NCBI GenBank assembly: GCA_951406725.2
Contig: OX597820.1
Span: 37,944,001 to 38,008,000 of the forward strand
Length of the DNA: 64,000 bases
Direction: 5' to 3'
From: Octopus vulgaris
Taxonomy: Eukaryota
Below the pieces are notes generated by a model. It was not told where the DNA came from, ran no database searches, and was given only the letters and a program-made list of their open reading frames with translations. The number at the start of each line of letters is the position of its first letter. The stretch's first letter is position 1. This document shows positions 13,025-25,874 of the stretch, piece by piece. A program made the translations under genes and the position numbers.

Positions 13025-14117
13025 CGAGAAGCTTTACGAAAATAATCAAAAGACGAAGGCAGGTGGAGTACAAACAAACAATTGTATTAGTATGGCGCTC
13101 AGGAATAGAAATAAAACAAGTCTTTTACGTTTCGACCCTACGCTCTTCAACAGAAAGATACACAGAAAAGAAACACGGAGAGAAACAAGGAGAGAAAAAA
13201 ATGCGTGCAGGAGCTAACGATTCAACATGGCGGTCTGATTTCGGCCAGTACTCAGAGATCAGACATTAGACGCAAGAGGGATAGTAGGGGTGATAACAGG
13301 GTCAAATGACCTCGCCCCAACATAAGGGTGCGTGTGTGTATGAGAGAGTATGTATGTGCCTATGAAAGGTCTGGACGTGTGTATGTATGATGTGATGTGT
13401 AATGTCATATGGTGTAGTGTAGTGTCATATGGTGTAGTGTAGTGTAGTGTGGTGTGATGTTGTGGGGAGGTGGGGAGGTGGGGAAAGCCCATATGGGGTA
13501 TGGATTCGGCTGGGGGTTGGGGTAGAGTGGGGGTTTGTGGGGAGAGTGAAAGGGGGAGAGAAGAGAGAGGAGGGGAGGAGGGAAGAGAGATGAGGGGGAG
13601 AGGGGAGGAGGGAGGGAGGAGAGATGAGGGGGAAGGGAGAGAGGAGATGAGATGAGGGGTGAGGGGGAAGAAGGAAGGAGAGGAGAGGGAAGGGGGAGAG
13701 GGAGGGGGAGAGGGGGAGAAGGAAGGAGAGGAGAAGAGGAGGGGGATGGGAAAGGAGGGAAGAGGAGGAGGGGGAGAAGGGGAGTGAGGGAGCAGAGAGA
13801 AAGAGAGAGGGGAAGAGGGAAGAAGAAAGAGGAAAGAAGAGGAGGGAAAGAGAGTAGGGGTGAAAAGATGAAGGACTGAAGAGAAGTAGAAGTCGGGGGA
13901 GGTTAGATGATAGGGGGAGGTTAGATGAGAAGTGGGGGAGAGTTGAGACCAAATGGCGTAAAAGAGCGAAGAGAGAAGATTAATCCTTGTTCACGGCGCA
14001 AACGGGAATCCGGATGGCCTCTGTGCAAGGACAATCCGAACACAGACAGGTGTTGCAAGGAGTGACCGGTGGAGCGGAAATGGCGTGAGGTCGGTGTGTC
14101 ATTGGCAAGGCGGATGT
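13022..14117 (-). mobile_element. Penelope-like element, 5'-truncated copy (end of GIY-YIG, purine-rich tract, 3' pLTR)
   Basis: Homologous to 34383-35450 (LANDTPxSRHFRSTGHSLQHLSVFGLSLHRGHPDSRLRREQ..IFSLRS.TPFGLN), with the same terminus at a (TA)n tract. Confidence 0.9.
13121..13158 (-). ncRNA. Minimal type I hammerhead-like motif in PLE 3' end (CUGUUGA core variant)
   Basis: tcttt-CTGTTGA-A-GAGC GTAG GGTC-GAAA-CG-TA-aaaga. It has a 5-bp helix I, a palindromic ACGT helix III and one helix II mismatch. Confidence 0.65.
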
Positions 14118-14620
14118 TGGTACCGATACATCGATTAGAAGGCATTTTTTCTTGGTGAAAACTATATCCGGTCTATCAACCTTTAATTCTCTATCTGTAT
14201 TGAATGGCATATTCCAGAGTATTGTTGCTTTGTCATTTTCTAAGGCCTTTTCTGGGATGTGCCTATACAATCTTTTTTCTGTTGTAATTCCATAGTGTTG
14301 GCATAGCTTCCAATGTATATAGGTTCCAACTCTGTCATGCCTCTGGACATATTCTTTTTTAACCATCACCACATGTTCTGCAGTTACTTCTTGTATTTTT
14401 CTTCATTATGGGTTTCTGGTGATTTCTACGTGTGGAGGCTTTGATCTTGTTCTGCAATTAAAAATCCTTCAGTCTCTGCTTTTAGTCCTGAACTTCCCAG
14501 CCATTTTTGGGGTTTTAATTTGTCTATTTCTTTTCTGTTTAGCATATGCCAATATTTGCCATGTTAGGGCTTTTCTTGCCATCGTTTCCATGATACTTTG
14601 TTGCTTCAGTTTTAATTTGG
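14118..14620 (-). mobile_element. R4/Dong-clade non-LTR retrotransposon fragment (restriction-like endonuclease region)
   Basis: The minus strand has KPLHGKY...GLKAETEGFLIAEQDQSL and, in ORF 13980-14372, YVQRHDRVGTYIHWKLC...TILWNMPFNTDRELKVDRPDIV..KKKCLLIDVSVP. Confidence 0.8.
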
Positions 14621-14955
14621 ATTTCAGTTGTTGTTGTTATTATTATTTATTTTGTTTACCATTTACAAGTACGTGTGTGTTCCTCATTGTTTTATGTATT
14701 TTATTCAGTTTTCAGAAAATGTGAAGCATATCTTTAATAATGTATATTCGGTAGCTTTTAATCTTGGTGCACTACTTTTGACCCACCGCATATACATACA
14801 CAAACCTCCGTACTTTCTGAACAGCGGCGAGATATACGCCTGCCACACACACACACACAAATACACACATACACACACACACACATACAAACGCACACAC
14901 GTACGCACACACACACACACACACGCACACATATACACACGCATATGTATGTATG

Positions 14956-14994
<39 letters not shown>

Positions 14995-15707
14995 AGAATT
15001 AAATGGTTAATTTGAACAAACACCGTATATGCAGGAAGTATTATATCCACATCTTCATAAACATAAATGTCATACACAAACTGAATACAACTTGATTTTG
15101 ATTATATCTTAAATTGAGTTATAAGTAAAAATTCCTGTCCGGAAATTGAAATGATTTAGGAAATTATGAAAATATGACATAATACAAGATCTTGTTTCAG
15201 TCACAATTTATGTAAGTTATTTCCTATTCTCTTCTCTCTTATAGAATAACAAGCTACTGGAGAAAGGAGATTATGACAGAATATATGAATAATCGAATAG
15301 CTAGATGTAAAATATTTATTGAATGAAATTACAATGTTAAAATCTGAATTTACAACGGCTGTTTGTGCGTTATGGAGATATGAAGTTTATAGTTCAGTAT
15401 GAATTAATAGTTATGGGAAATTTTCTAGTCCACAGAAGTAATGTCAGTGAATTTGAATAAAGTGTTTGACCTATGTAGATATAGAGGGTATAATCTCTGT
15501 AATCGACTCCCTACCCAACCTAGTTCAGGTACACCGTTGATTTTCCGGAACCTTTTGAATTCAAAGCCATTCTGGATTGGCGATTTTTCCGAATCAGGAG
15601 TACTGACATTGGTTAACACACTCTAAGTGAAACAAATATTAAACATACTTTTATAATTAAATCAAATATACGTACCTGTATATTAGTATATAATGCCGCT
15701 GTTCGGA

Positions 15708-15852
15708 AAGGAACGTGGCTTAGTAGTTAGGGTATTGAATTCTCGACCGTAAGATTGTGGTTTCGATCCATAGACCGGGCGATCCGTTGTGTTCTTGAGC
15801 AAAGCACTTCATTTCATGTTGATCCAGTCCACTCTGCTGTAGAAATGAATTC
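15708..15852 (+). mobile_element. SINE family C, 5' tRNA-like head plus CORE-like domain
   Basis: A-box-like gtggcttagtagttagg and B-box-like ggtttcgatcc, followed by gttgtgttcttgagcaaagcacttcatttca. Confidence 0.7.
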
Positions 15853-16819
15853 AACATGGAGAAGGATGAACTCCGCCAAGCCTTCTCTCCCTTTGACGCC
15901 CCAACGACACGCAATGGGTTAACGGAATTGTCAATTGTCAATATTAGTATAGATAGTACAGGTTTATTAATACTGTACTGAGCAGGTGCCGCTAAATTAG
16001 CCTGGCGGTCGTGGAATTTGTATTTTCCTGTCCGTAAATTACTCCCTATTATAAAAGATTCTGGATCATTAGTATCTGGAAGTCGGTGTTGCAATTGTAA
16101 TTAAATAGATCTTTTATTTACTGAACACAAGAGTCAATTAAAGGACGAACGGCAAAGTTGGTCCTGGTAGGATTTGTGATTTCTAACATTGACTTCACGT
16201 CACATATTTACAAAGAAGTATAGATGATTACATCTAACTCAGAATTTAGCTGGAAATAAATTTTATTCATCCACAGAAAAACAGTGGATGATGTCGTTGG
16301 GGACAAGATCGTAACTCAAAGCATAAAGAGACGCAACTAATTATCATGAGATGTTTTATGTGTCATTTAACCGATTCAGCTGCCCACCACGCTTTTTGAA
16401 CGATACTTTTTGAACACTCTAGGTGCTATATTGAGTTTTAAGAAGATTTCGTAGCGGACACATTGCAAGGAAAATGTAATATTAGGGCTAATTTAAAAAA
16501 TGCTACAAGTATTAATATGTGCAACGTTGATGACATCTAAAAGTCATTAGCTGGAATTAAATTATTTTCAGTGATAAGACTGTGGTTATTGGGCTGAAGC
16601 AATGCTTCCATTTATATCGATCTTACTACGTATTTCAATTTAATACTTATTTTATTGATTTCTTTTATCGAATGACTACGCGTCATCTTTCTAGCCTAGA
16701 GAGACGTAATTCAACATCTCTAATTTACAAGAACTCTCCCGATATATATGTAACAACTACTTGTAGCTTGTATGTAACACCCACCCTTAGTGGTTAGCCA
16801 TATTGAGATGGCTAGAATG

Positions 16820-16828
16820 CCTTACAAA

Positions 16829-16902
<74 letters not shown>

Positions 16903-16952
16903 TATATGTATATGTATATATATGTATATATGCATGAATATATACATATATG

Positions 16953-16983
<31 letters not shown>

Positions 16984-17000
16984 GTGTGTATATGTATATA

Positions 17001-17063
<63 letters not shown>

Positions 17064-17065
17064 TA
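16820..17065. repeat. (TA)n microsatellite
   Basis: Direct reading. Confidence 0.95.
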
Positions 17066-18420
17066 TATTATTTACACTTGACGGATATTTGTCCTCATCT
17101 TGTTTGTTGTTAATACAACGTTTCGAATGATATACCCTCCTGCTTTCATCAGGTGTCTTGAGGAAATTTCGAATCTAGGTTCTCATTTCCAGGGTATTTT
17201 TCGGAATCGTTAGTAGCCCGCGCTCTTAACCACTACGCTATACGACCGTGGGCAAATTTGGAGTGAATTTTAAGGCTTATAAATCTAATATTTTCCTATC
17301 CTTCTTTAATATCGGTTCCCATATGCTATTCATACCTGCACTCAGTCTGCTTAGGAGGTTGTTGTGTCCTAGCATGTGTGCTGGTTCTTTTAGTTTTTGT
17401 ATTTTCTAGTGGTGTTCTCTGTCTATTATTTTCACTTCATCCTACAAAGGGAGGTGGTCTCCATTTTTCCATACATGATCAGCTATACCCGATTAATCAA
17501 TATCTCCTCGTGTCACAGCTTTACGATGTTCCTCTACCCTTATTTCGAGGGGCGGCATGTTTCGCCTTTGTATAACCTACCACAGCTGCATGGAATGGAG
17601 TACACGCAGTTTTTGGTCATATTCTCTTCTATTGGTGGTTTTACTCGATGGAGATATTTGCAAAATGTTGTATTACTCTTAAATACTGTCCCGATGTCAT
17701 ATGGGCCGCATGTCCTTTGTATCGTTTCGGAGAGAAATAGGGTAGACAGACTGTGGATAGTTTATTGGTTTCTTCCCTTCTTTTCTCCATAATTGGAGTG
17801 GATAGTATGTTTTCGTGGTAGTTGTTGCTTAATAGATTGTTATTGAGCTTTATCATTTCTTCCTGGTGAGTATCACGATTATTACTTATATTCTTTGCTC
17901 GATGTTTTAGGCACTGAGCAATCCCTCTCTTTACATTGTATGGATGGTGGGAATTGAAGCTGAGATATCATCCAGTAAAGGTCGTCGGCTTGCGGTATAA
18001 GGATGTCCCGAATCCATACTGGTGCGTGTTATTAATACGCCCAAGAATGCTAGCTGATGGTCTTTTTCCTTTTCCATTGTGAACTGTATGTATGGCTTTA
18101 TCGAGTTCACATGATCTAACAGTACTTGGACATCTTCCTTGTTGGGCCAGAGTATAAAGGTGTCATCAACATATCGCAGCCATAGGGTTGGTTTCAGCGG
18201 TGTTAATCTTAAAGCCAAATCCTCAAGATATTCTATGTATACATTCGGCATTATCACCGATCATGCGAACTCAATAAAGCCATCCATACACCTCACAATG
18301 GAAAAGGGAAAACAAACAAACAGCTAGTATTCCTGGACGTATTAATAACACGCACCAAGTATGGATTCAGGACATCCGTATACCGCAAGCCAACCTTCAC
18401 TGGACGATACCTCTACTGAG
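17066..18420 (-). mobile_element. Penelope-like element (Penelope/Poseidon-type), 5'-truncated, frameshifted, with 5' inverted duplication
   Basis: RT motifs WLRYVDDTFILW, FTMEKEKDHQLAFL and YRKP. GIY-YIG region YKGETCRP...EEHRKAV...GIADHVW...WDEVKIIDRE. Bounded by (TA)n on both sides. Confidence 0.88.
17113..17156 (-). ncRNA. Degenerate minimal type I hammerhead in PLE 3' end
   Basis: acac-CTGATGA-aagcaggagggtatatcattc-GAAA-CG-TT-gtat. The core boxes are intact with palindromic AACGTT, but helices I and II are partly mutated. Confidence 0.55.
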
Positions 18421-18443
18421 TATTTTTCCTTAACTGTAAATAT

Positions 18444-18509
<66 letters not shown>

Positions 18510-18511
<2 letters not shown>

Positions 18512-21373
18512 GTTATAAAATGAGATAGGGGTTGAAAAATTCAACCCACCATGGGATAACATATATCCAATATACTGCTAGATAGGTACCCAACAAGACT
18601 AATACATAGATGTTAAAAATTGCCAAGCTTTAATAATGAAAAACATTTCATTAATACATAGAGAACATTTTTTATTTTTTCCATTATACACAGGTGCTGA
18701 AGTTAGTTTGGGAACTCAAAAGTAAGAACTTAGATTTTAGATTAAATTGGAAAATACTAACTTCAGCACCTGTGTATAATGGAAAAAATAAAAAACGCTC
18801 TCTATGTATTAATGAAATTTTTTTCATTATTAAAGCGGGTAGGCATACTATTAACAACATAAATGAAAAAAACTTTTTTTGCATTCATAAACTACCGTTC
18901 ACCTTTTCTAGATTCAAATAGAACTTAGCTTTTCTACTAATAATTTTTTAACTCCCTTCTGTAACTAACTATACTAGTGGTCTTCTATAATTCTAAAGCA
19001 TGCAACTTATAAATTTATAATTTTATATAATTTTGTAGCTACACATGTATAATAATAGATGTGTCCAGTATTAATTGTTTTTTGTTTTTTGTATGTGGGT
19101 TTTTGTCTTGTTTTTAAGGGAAATACACTATGACAAGTAATAACACATTCATTTTGGTATTTGCCTTGTAATATGTGATTCTCGAAGTTTTCTAATATTG
19201 CATAGTGTATATGAATATTATGGTTAGTTACCTATCTCTAGATAATGTAATACTATTGTGTAATATATGAGAGCCTTTTTGGGAGTTTGTTTTGTTTAGG
19301 TTGAGAATCTAGGTTTTTTGTATGTGTTTATTTGGCAGGTTTATATTGTATATTTGGTCTTTCTTTGTACTCACCTTAATTTGTATCTTATGCTATTTAC
19401 TAATAAACCTTTTCATTTACAAACATTAGGCTTTATAAATATTACCAGCCTTATATATTTAGTCTATATTTATAGTCTTCTGGATCTGTACATTAAATTA
19501 TCCATCTATCCAATTTTTTACTCACTATCTACAGGTATAAACTTTCATAGTATTAGCCTGTATACTAAGTTTATATTGGTACTTTCTTCAATATATATCT
19601 TCACTTTATTTTTGTTATTGATTTACATTTATACTCTTTTATGTATATGTGGATTTATGCATATTAGCATTACTATATTAGGTGTACCTGTACCTATGCA
19701 TTTATCTGAATTGGTTCTCTATGGTATCTATATTTGCATTTAGTCATCTAATTATTTATTTATTTAGTTATTTATTTACTTATTTAAGTGTAGATTTATA
19801 CATACATATCAAGTCATCTAATTATTTATTTATTTATTTACTTATATAAGTGTAGATTTAAACATACATATCAATCATTTATTTCTTAATAATATATGAA
19901 TACATATATACTGGTTTGTACTTATATTATGTGTGTAATCGTAATTATTTCTTCTTATTTATTTTATCACATTTTAACTTAAGTATTTACAATCTTTTAA
20001 TTTCTGTGATTTTCTTATATACGATTGCATTAGTGAGTCCCCCAGTTGTTATTATTTAATGCCTAATCTTGTTTATAATGGCATAGAATTTAATAAGTAA
20101 AAAAGAGATATATATTTATAATATAAAAATTAATCTATACTGTATAACTTAGCGTACATGGAATCATAACAAATTACGATAAATCTAGTAACCGTTATGT
20201 TGACTATGATAAAAGCCGGTGTTAAATACGGAGGGTACCTAGTGAAATAGCATCCGACATCGTGATATATTGATATATAAATATAAATATATATATCTTT
20301 GAAATAAATATTTTTATGGAAATATATGAGTGGATCTTTTTTGTTATTTGAGGCATAGTTATAATTTTGAAAGATTAGATGACAGTATAGTTGCTCCCCT
20401 ATTTATTTATCTTTGTGCTAGAGGTTGCTTGTAGATGTGTATGTGTATAAGTGTATGTGTGTGTGTATACATATAATTATGTATGTATGTGCGATTGATC
20501 TGTCGATGTGCGTGTGCGTATTTGCGTTTCTTGATTAACTAACCGTAAAATTTCTTTTGTGACTCAAATTTCAAACTACAAGCCAATCGAATTAATCTAG
20601 AATAATCAATATCAAGCAGACAGAATAACTAAACTCATAGTTACTACGATTTTGAATGGATGGACTTGGTGCAAACTTAACTGTATCTATTATTATTATT
20701 ATTATTAATATTAATAGTAATTTTTATTGACTTTTATAGGTTTATAATTTTATGAACTGAACTATGGTTTTTTATTATTATTTTTCAGGTATGGGTATGA
20801 TTTTAATTGAAATAGTAGTGCGCATACATCTCCCTATGTGTTAGTTTTTAGAACTATTAGCCAAATATGTAAAATAACTGTGCTTATTAATATTAATATA
20901 TACACTGATATGTATTTTGTTTTATTTTGTTTTGTTTACCTTGCATTATTGTATCAATGAGTATTATATATGTGTAGCATTATGGAGTTTATGCACAAGT
21001 TTTTATATTTTACATTTTTATATTTTTATATTTATATGTATATGGAAAAATAATTTTTTCACAATTATAACAAATTAAATTCTCTGAAGAGGCCGTGGGA
21101 CATCCTTGTTAATGCCTCATTTATACCTGCCTTTATGGCTTATAGGTTAAATGAGGTATGACTGCCCTTACTGCCGAAACAGCTGTCAGATATGATATAA
21201 TTACATATTATATTTTATATTTTATACTTCTATTTCCTTGTCTATTTATATTTACTATATATTTTGTATAATGCCTTTACTGATATGTAATGGTGTAATA
21301 AAGTATTGATTGGGTATCATCTGATAGTTGATGTTTTATTGATTCAAGTATGTTTCTCCATTTTCTAATTTTG

Positions 21374-21376
<3 letters not shown>
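18510..21376 (+). mobile_element. Penelope-like element remnant (Naiad-like GIY-YIG C-terminus, ~2.4-kb AT-rich 3' region, HHR), (TA)n-bounded
   Basis: ORF 18694-18921 (WKILTSAPVYNGKNKKRSLCINEIFFI...INNINE...CIHK..F) resembles the W.I...A..Y...CxLCxxEK...LNxRxE...CRH PLE C-terminus. A same-strand HHR lies near the 3' end. Confidence 0.75.
21081..21190 (+). ncRNA. Type I hammerhead ribozyme with ~85-nt extended helix II
   Basis: tct-CTGAAGA-GGC...[atgcctcattta/taaatgaggtat hairpin]...GCC-GAAA-CAGCTG-TC-aga. Palindromic ACAGCTGT helix III and GUC site at 21185-21187. Confidence 0.82.
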
Positions 21377-21416
<40 letters not shown>

Positions 21417-21419
21417 TAA

Positions 21420-23462
21420 AACAAAGTTGTTTATTCTTTTCTTTTCACGCGGGTAGAAATATAGGAAAATGCACTGGGATTCGTTTAGATTTTATAGTTA
21501 AACATTTTTGAAGACCTAACCGGTTCCACAGATTTCTCTGAGTTTCCGAAAGACAGAGAGCTATGCTGCAACTGCCTTGCTTCTGATTGGAATTAACAAA
21601 TTGTCTCTTTTTTGTAGAGAGAACATTACCCAAATTAGTATGTTTTGAACACGTTTCGATTGGTCGAGGATTATCACGTGTTCTGATTTTGGAAAGTTTT
21701 GTAAGTTCTCCGCTACGTTCGTTCTCTAAAACCATGTGTCAATGTTTAGCGCCTTTAGTTAAAGTTGCCATGGTTGAGTAAACATGTCTAGTGGTAAACT
21801 CTAGCAGTCACGGCTGTCTGAAATTTATTTGTCAAATATAGTAGACGAAGATCTCGTGATTAGTATTAATCTTAGTATTTTTTATTTAGGTTCCCCACTA
21901 CGTCCGTGCGTTAATATGTGACAATATTTTTTTGCGCCGACAATCAAGGTTGGCACGGTTGAATGAACATGTCTAGCGACAGTCTTAAAATAAGCTTCTC
22001 TAAACTTAATCTGTCGAGTAGTAAAGTGAACAGGAGTTGTCTCTATGTAGTCTAGTGGTTGAGTAGTTATGACTTGTGTTTATATATGTAGGCACCAAAT
22101 TTAGCTATTAAATGTCTTTTTTCTAACCGTTCAACATTTAGGTGCATGTAGAATCAGTCAGTTAACAGTCATGATTGTGTCTAAAGTTTAGGTTGTTAGC
22201 TGTATAATTTCAACATGTGAAGTAGTAGAATGTGCTTGTGTCTGAATAGTTGTTCGTGAATGTATTTAGTTTGATAAAGTTTATTCAGTCTTGGTTTGTA
22301 CATTTCCACGAATATACTTTCTTTGTTTATTTGTACTTGGACTGCGGTATTGACCGAAAAAAGGTAAAGAGAAAAGATTTGGAACTTGGGGGACTTATTT
22401 CTAGCACATGTGCCTACTAAGTAGTATCTGCCTCGTACTGAGGTGTCGTATTTGCTGTCTATGAATGGTAAGTCTATTTCTAAGAGTGATTTCTGTTTGA
22501 CCTGTGTAATCCTCGTTGCATCCTTTACATTTAATAGCATATATTAATTTTTTTTACGAACAGGTAAAATAATTATTTATGGTAAAAATATGTTCTGATT
22601 TAAATTCATATCTATCATCTTCAATGAAGTTGATGCAGGTCCGACAGTTAGGGCGGCCACGCATTTTGACTGTTTATACGAGGTTTGTAGAATATAATTT
22701 AGCCATAGTGAGCAGTTTCTTGAGGGATTCTGGATTGTTTTTTTTTTGCTTTTGATTATATTGTGTTTCTAGTGCTTGTTTCATTCTTGGGCCTTGTCTT
22801 AAGAGTGGAATATTCTGGTTGATAATCTTGTTGAACCCTGTGTTTTTTGGGTTGTGTGTTGAGATGAAGGGTAGATATTGGGTGTATCTGAAGTGTTTTT
22901 CGTTTTTCGCAATTCTTGAATATCTATTGCTTTGACACTCTTTATGCCATTGTCTATTAACATTGACGGATATTTTCTCTTGACTAATTGTTGTTTTAAT
23001 GCCATTGTCTATTAACATTGACGGATATTTTCTCTTGACTAATTGTTGTTTTAATGCCTGGAGTCTTTTATTGCGAGTTTTATCGTTTGAAACACTTGTG
23101 AAAATTCTTCTTGCTAGATTAAAAGGAATATTATTCTACGTGTGTTTGGGATGGCACGAAGAGAACAGCAGATATTGTTTAGAATGTATTGGTTTGCAAT
23201 AAATGTCTGTTTCAATGTTTTTGTTTATTTTCATGATTAAAATGTCCATGAATAGTAGTTGAGGATTACTATATTCCAAGGTGACATTGATACTATTGTT
23301 TATGGTGTTAATTAGGCTTTTGAATCCAATAAGTTGGTCAAACGTGTGCGTTCACAAAATCAGGCAGTCACCTAAGTAGTGTTACCAGTTTTCTAGAAAA
23401 TATTTTTTGAAGTCCAAACCATATACTAATTTATATTTCTCAACTCCATGTACGCCAAGTTT
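21420..23462 (-). mobile_element. Decayed Penelope-like element (RT C-terminal half plus endonuclease remnant)
   Basis: Minus strand has LAYME, YLGDCLI, TDIYCKPIHSKQYLLFSSCHPKH, IPFNLARRI, YPSMLIDNGI and a KCGRPNCRTC linker. A 54-bp internal tandem duplication lies at ~22945-23056. The 3' boundary is approximate. Confidence 0.8.
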
Positions 23463-23464
23463 GA

Positions 23465-23576
<112 letters not shown>

Positions 23577-23613
23577 ATTTTCACTTTATTAAAACGCAGC
23601 AAAAATATCACAA

Positions 23614-23657
23614 AAACTGTTACTCAGAGTTTCACGTTCCCGTTCGTCTGACAGTTT
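23614..23657 (-). ncRNA. Minimal type I hammerhead (U4A variant)
   Basis: aaactgt-CAGACGA-ACG GGAA CGT-GAAA-CTCTGAG-TA-acagttt. It has a 7-bp helix I, a GNRA-capped helix II, a near-palindromic helix III and a GUA site. Confidence 0.75.
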
Positions 23658-25330
23658 AGAATAAAACGAAATAAGATTATATGCATAAATATACAATTAC
23701 TCGGATAGATACACATTTCAAAATGGTTTTGTTTGGTTGGTCCTTTCAACTAACGGTCTTTTCAATAACTGGTTGCATGAAATTACAATTGCAGTTTAAA
23801 ATCATATTATTATAAAAATCGAAGAAAACTATAAATCACAAATAGCTTATGTAGAAGGAAAAAGGACCTGAATGCCCAAGGTAAATAATTAGTAGAAAAA
23901 ATAATAAATTAAAAGATATATCCGTTTAAAAAAACTTTCACATATACATTTAGCAATACATACACATACCAAACAACCTATATACACTAGATATGCAGGT
24001 GTTGGTACATGGCTAAATATATATACAAATATAGGCAAAGTATAAATATATACAAATGCATATATATGTATGCACGAACACACATACACGCACATAATAT
24101 CTCCTAGTGTATGTTTATACAACTTAGTTGTTACAGGCGTGAGAAAGAAAACGAAAAGAAAATCAGAGAATAGCAAGTAGTGGCTCATAAGAATATAAAA
24201 CTTACACAGGGGCTTCGAAAAATTCATTCAAGACTCGGTTTTATTCCCACCAAAATTATTTCCGATAGCCCGAGAATAGGACAGCAATAGGTCTTGCAAA
24301 ACATGTCTGGGAATTGAAGGATTTGACCCCCGTCCTTTCAATTTCAGCTGGGCAATTTTGGAATAAGCATCATCATACACGCATGGAGGTTATAGAAGAC
24401 CTATGCAATGTAATCTTTGCTTCCCAGAAAAGTTCTTCATCGTGTTCCAAGATAAACATGCATTGAACGAGAGACACGAGCTCTTAAACTCCTACAGGCC
24501 GAAAAAAACCTCGAAAAATGGGTAAAATTTATGACTTTCGGAAAATTTTGACCGTCGCATTTGAATTTGATTTTACACCATATTTATAGTATTATATTTA
24601 TTTGTATTATATTTCGACTTCACATTTTATATTTTAAATCCGGCTGTTAAGAAAGCATTCGATTGTTTTACAAATTTAAGTTTCGCCGAGGTTAATTTTT
24701 CACTCAATTTTACTCATTTTTATATATCCAGATATCATATTTTAAATTTATATAGTTATTTTATGTTAAATTTAATTATGTTATATTAGTTTATTGTACA
24801 ATTTCCCTTTTTTCAATATTCTATATGCAAAACAGTTTTTATTAAGTATTTGTATGCGTATATACGTTATGATGTATATATTTATCTTGATGTGAAAATA
24901 TGTCTGTCTCTGTCTCTGTGTGTCTGTGTGTCAGTCTGTGTGTCTGTCTGTGTGTCTGTCTGTCTGTCTGTCTGTCTCTCTGTCTCTCTCTGTCTCTCTC
25001 TCTCTCTCTCTATATATATATGTATGTATATACATATTTACATATTTATTTGTATATTTGTGTGCGTATCTTTATGCGTGTGTATTTGTATGTATGTTTG
25101 CATTTATGTAGATATGTATGTCATTTTATATATGTGCGTTTAGCAAGCTGAACGAAGTATCTAACATTCGTTAGATACAATTTAGAAACCTCAACTTCCA
25201 AATGATCATAATCTCAAGGTTTCGTGATATTTTTGCTGCCTTTTAATAAAGCATATTACTCTACCACCGGTTTTTGGGTACTATTTTTTCCACCTTGTTT
25301 CAATTTTATGTGCTTACTCTGGTATATATA

Positions 25331-25860
25331 TGATTGATTGATTGATTGATTGATTGATTCCAGTTCCAGCCTGTGAGCTGTGGCCATGCTGGGGCACCGC
25401 CATTTGGTGTTGCTACTTGGTTTTACTTCATGGGGGCTTTCTAGCAACTGCTATTTGGTGCATGAGAGAGTTCGATGCAGCTGCCCTCATCTGCCCCTCC
25501 TGCCGTGAAGTTGGTTCATCTGGGACACCAGACAGGAAGAGATCCAGCTTCATTTTAAAGACATCTGTATCCACCCCATGCAGGTCTCTCAGGTTCTTCG
25601 GGAGGATATTGAAGAGCTGTGGGCCTCGGAAGCCCAGGCTATCACAGAATCTTGTCCTACATCTTGATGGCAGGTTTGGAGTCCTAGGCACCACGCAGTG
25701 GCGCCCAGTTCTGGCATTTGTGTAACTCTCGATGCCAAAGTTCAGGACACTTCCCTCCAGGATCTTCCAGATGTATATTATGGCATATCTTTCCCGCCTA
25801 CGCTCCAGGGAGTATAATTTTAATCTCTTGAGTCTTTCCCAGTAGCTTACATTCTGCATA
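25331..25860 (-). mobile_element. 3' end of CR1/L2-group LINE with (CAAT)n tail
   Basis: ORF 25428-25859 has SYWERLKRLKLYSLERRRERYAIIYIWKIL...GPQLFNILPKNLR...FKMKLDLFLSGVPDEP. The (TGAT)n tract at 25331-25359 is the tail. Confidence 0.88.
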
Positions 25861-25874
25861 GATATATATATATT

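Noticed and set aside
15708-15780. tRNA gene
   Set aside because: There is no complete cloverleaf, and it continues into a repeated SINE body.
21647-21683. Hammerhead-like gaacac-GTGATAA...GAAACGT-gttc on the minus strand
   Set aside because: The core box is wrong, and there is no helix II and no valid NUH; at most it is a dead remnant.
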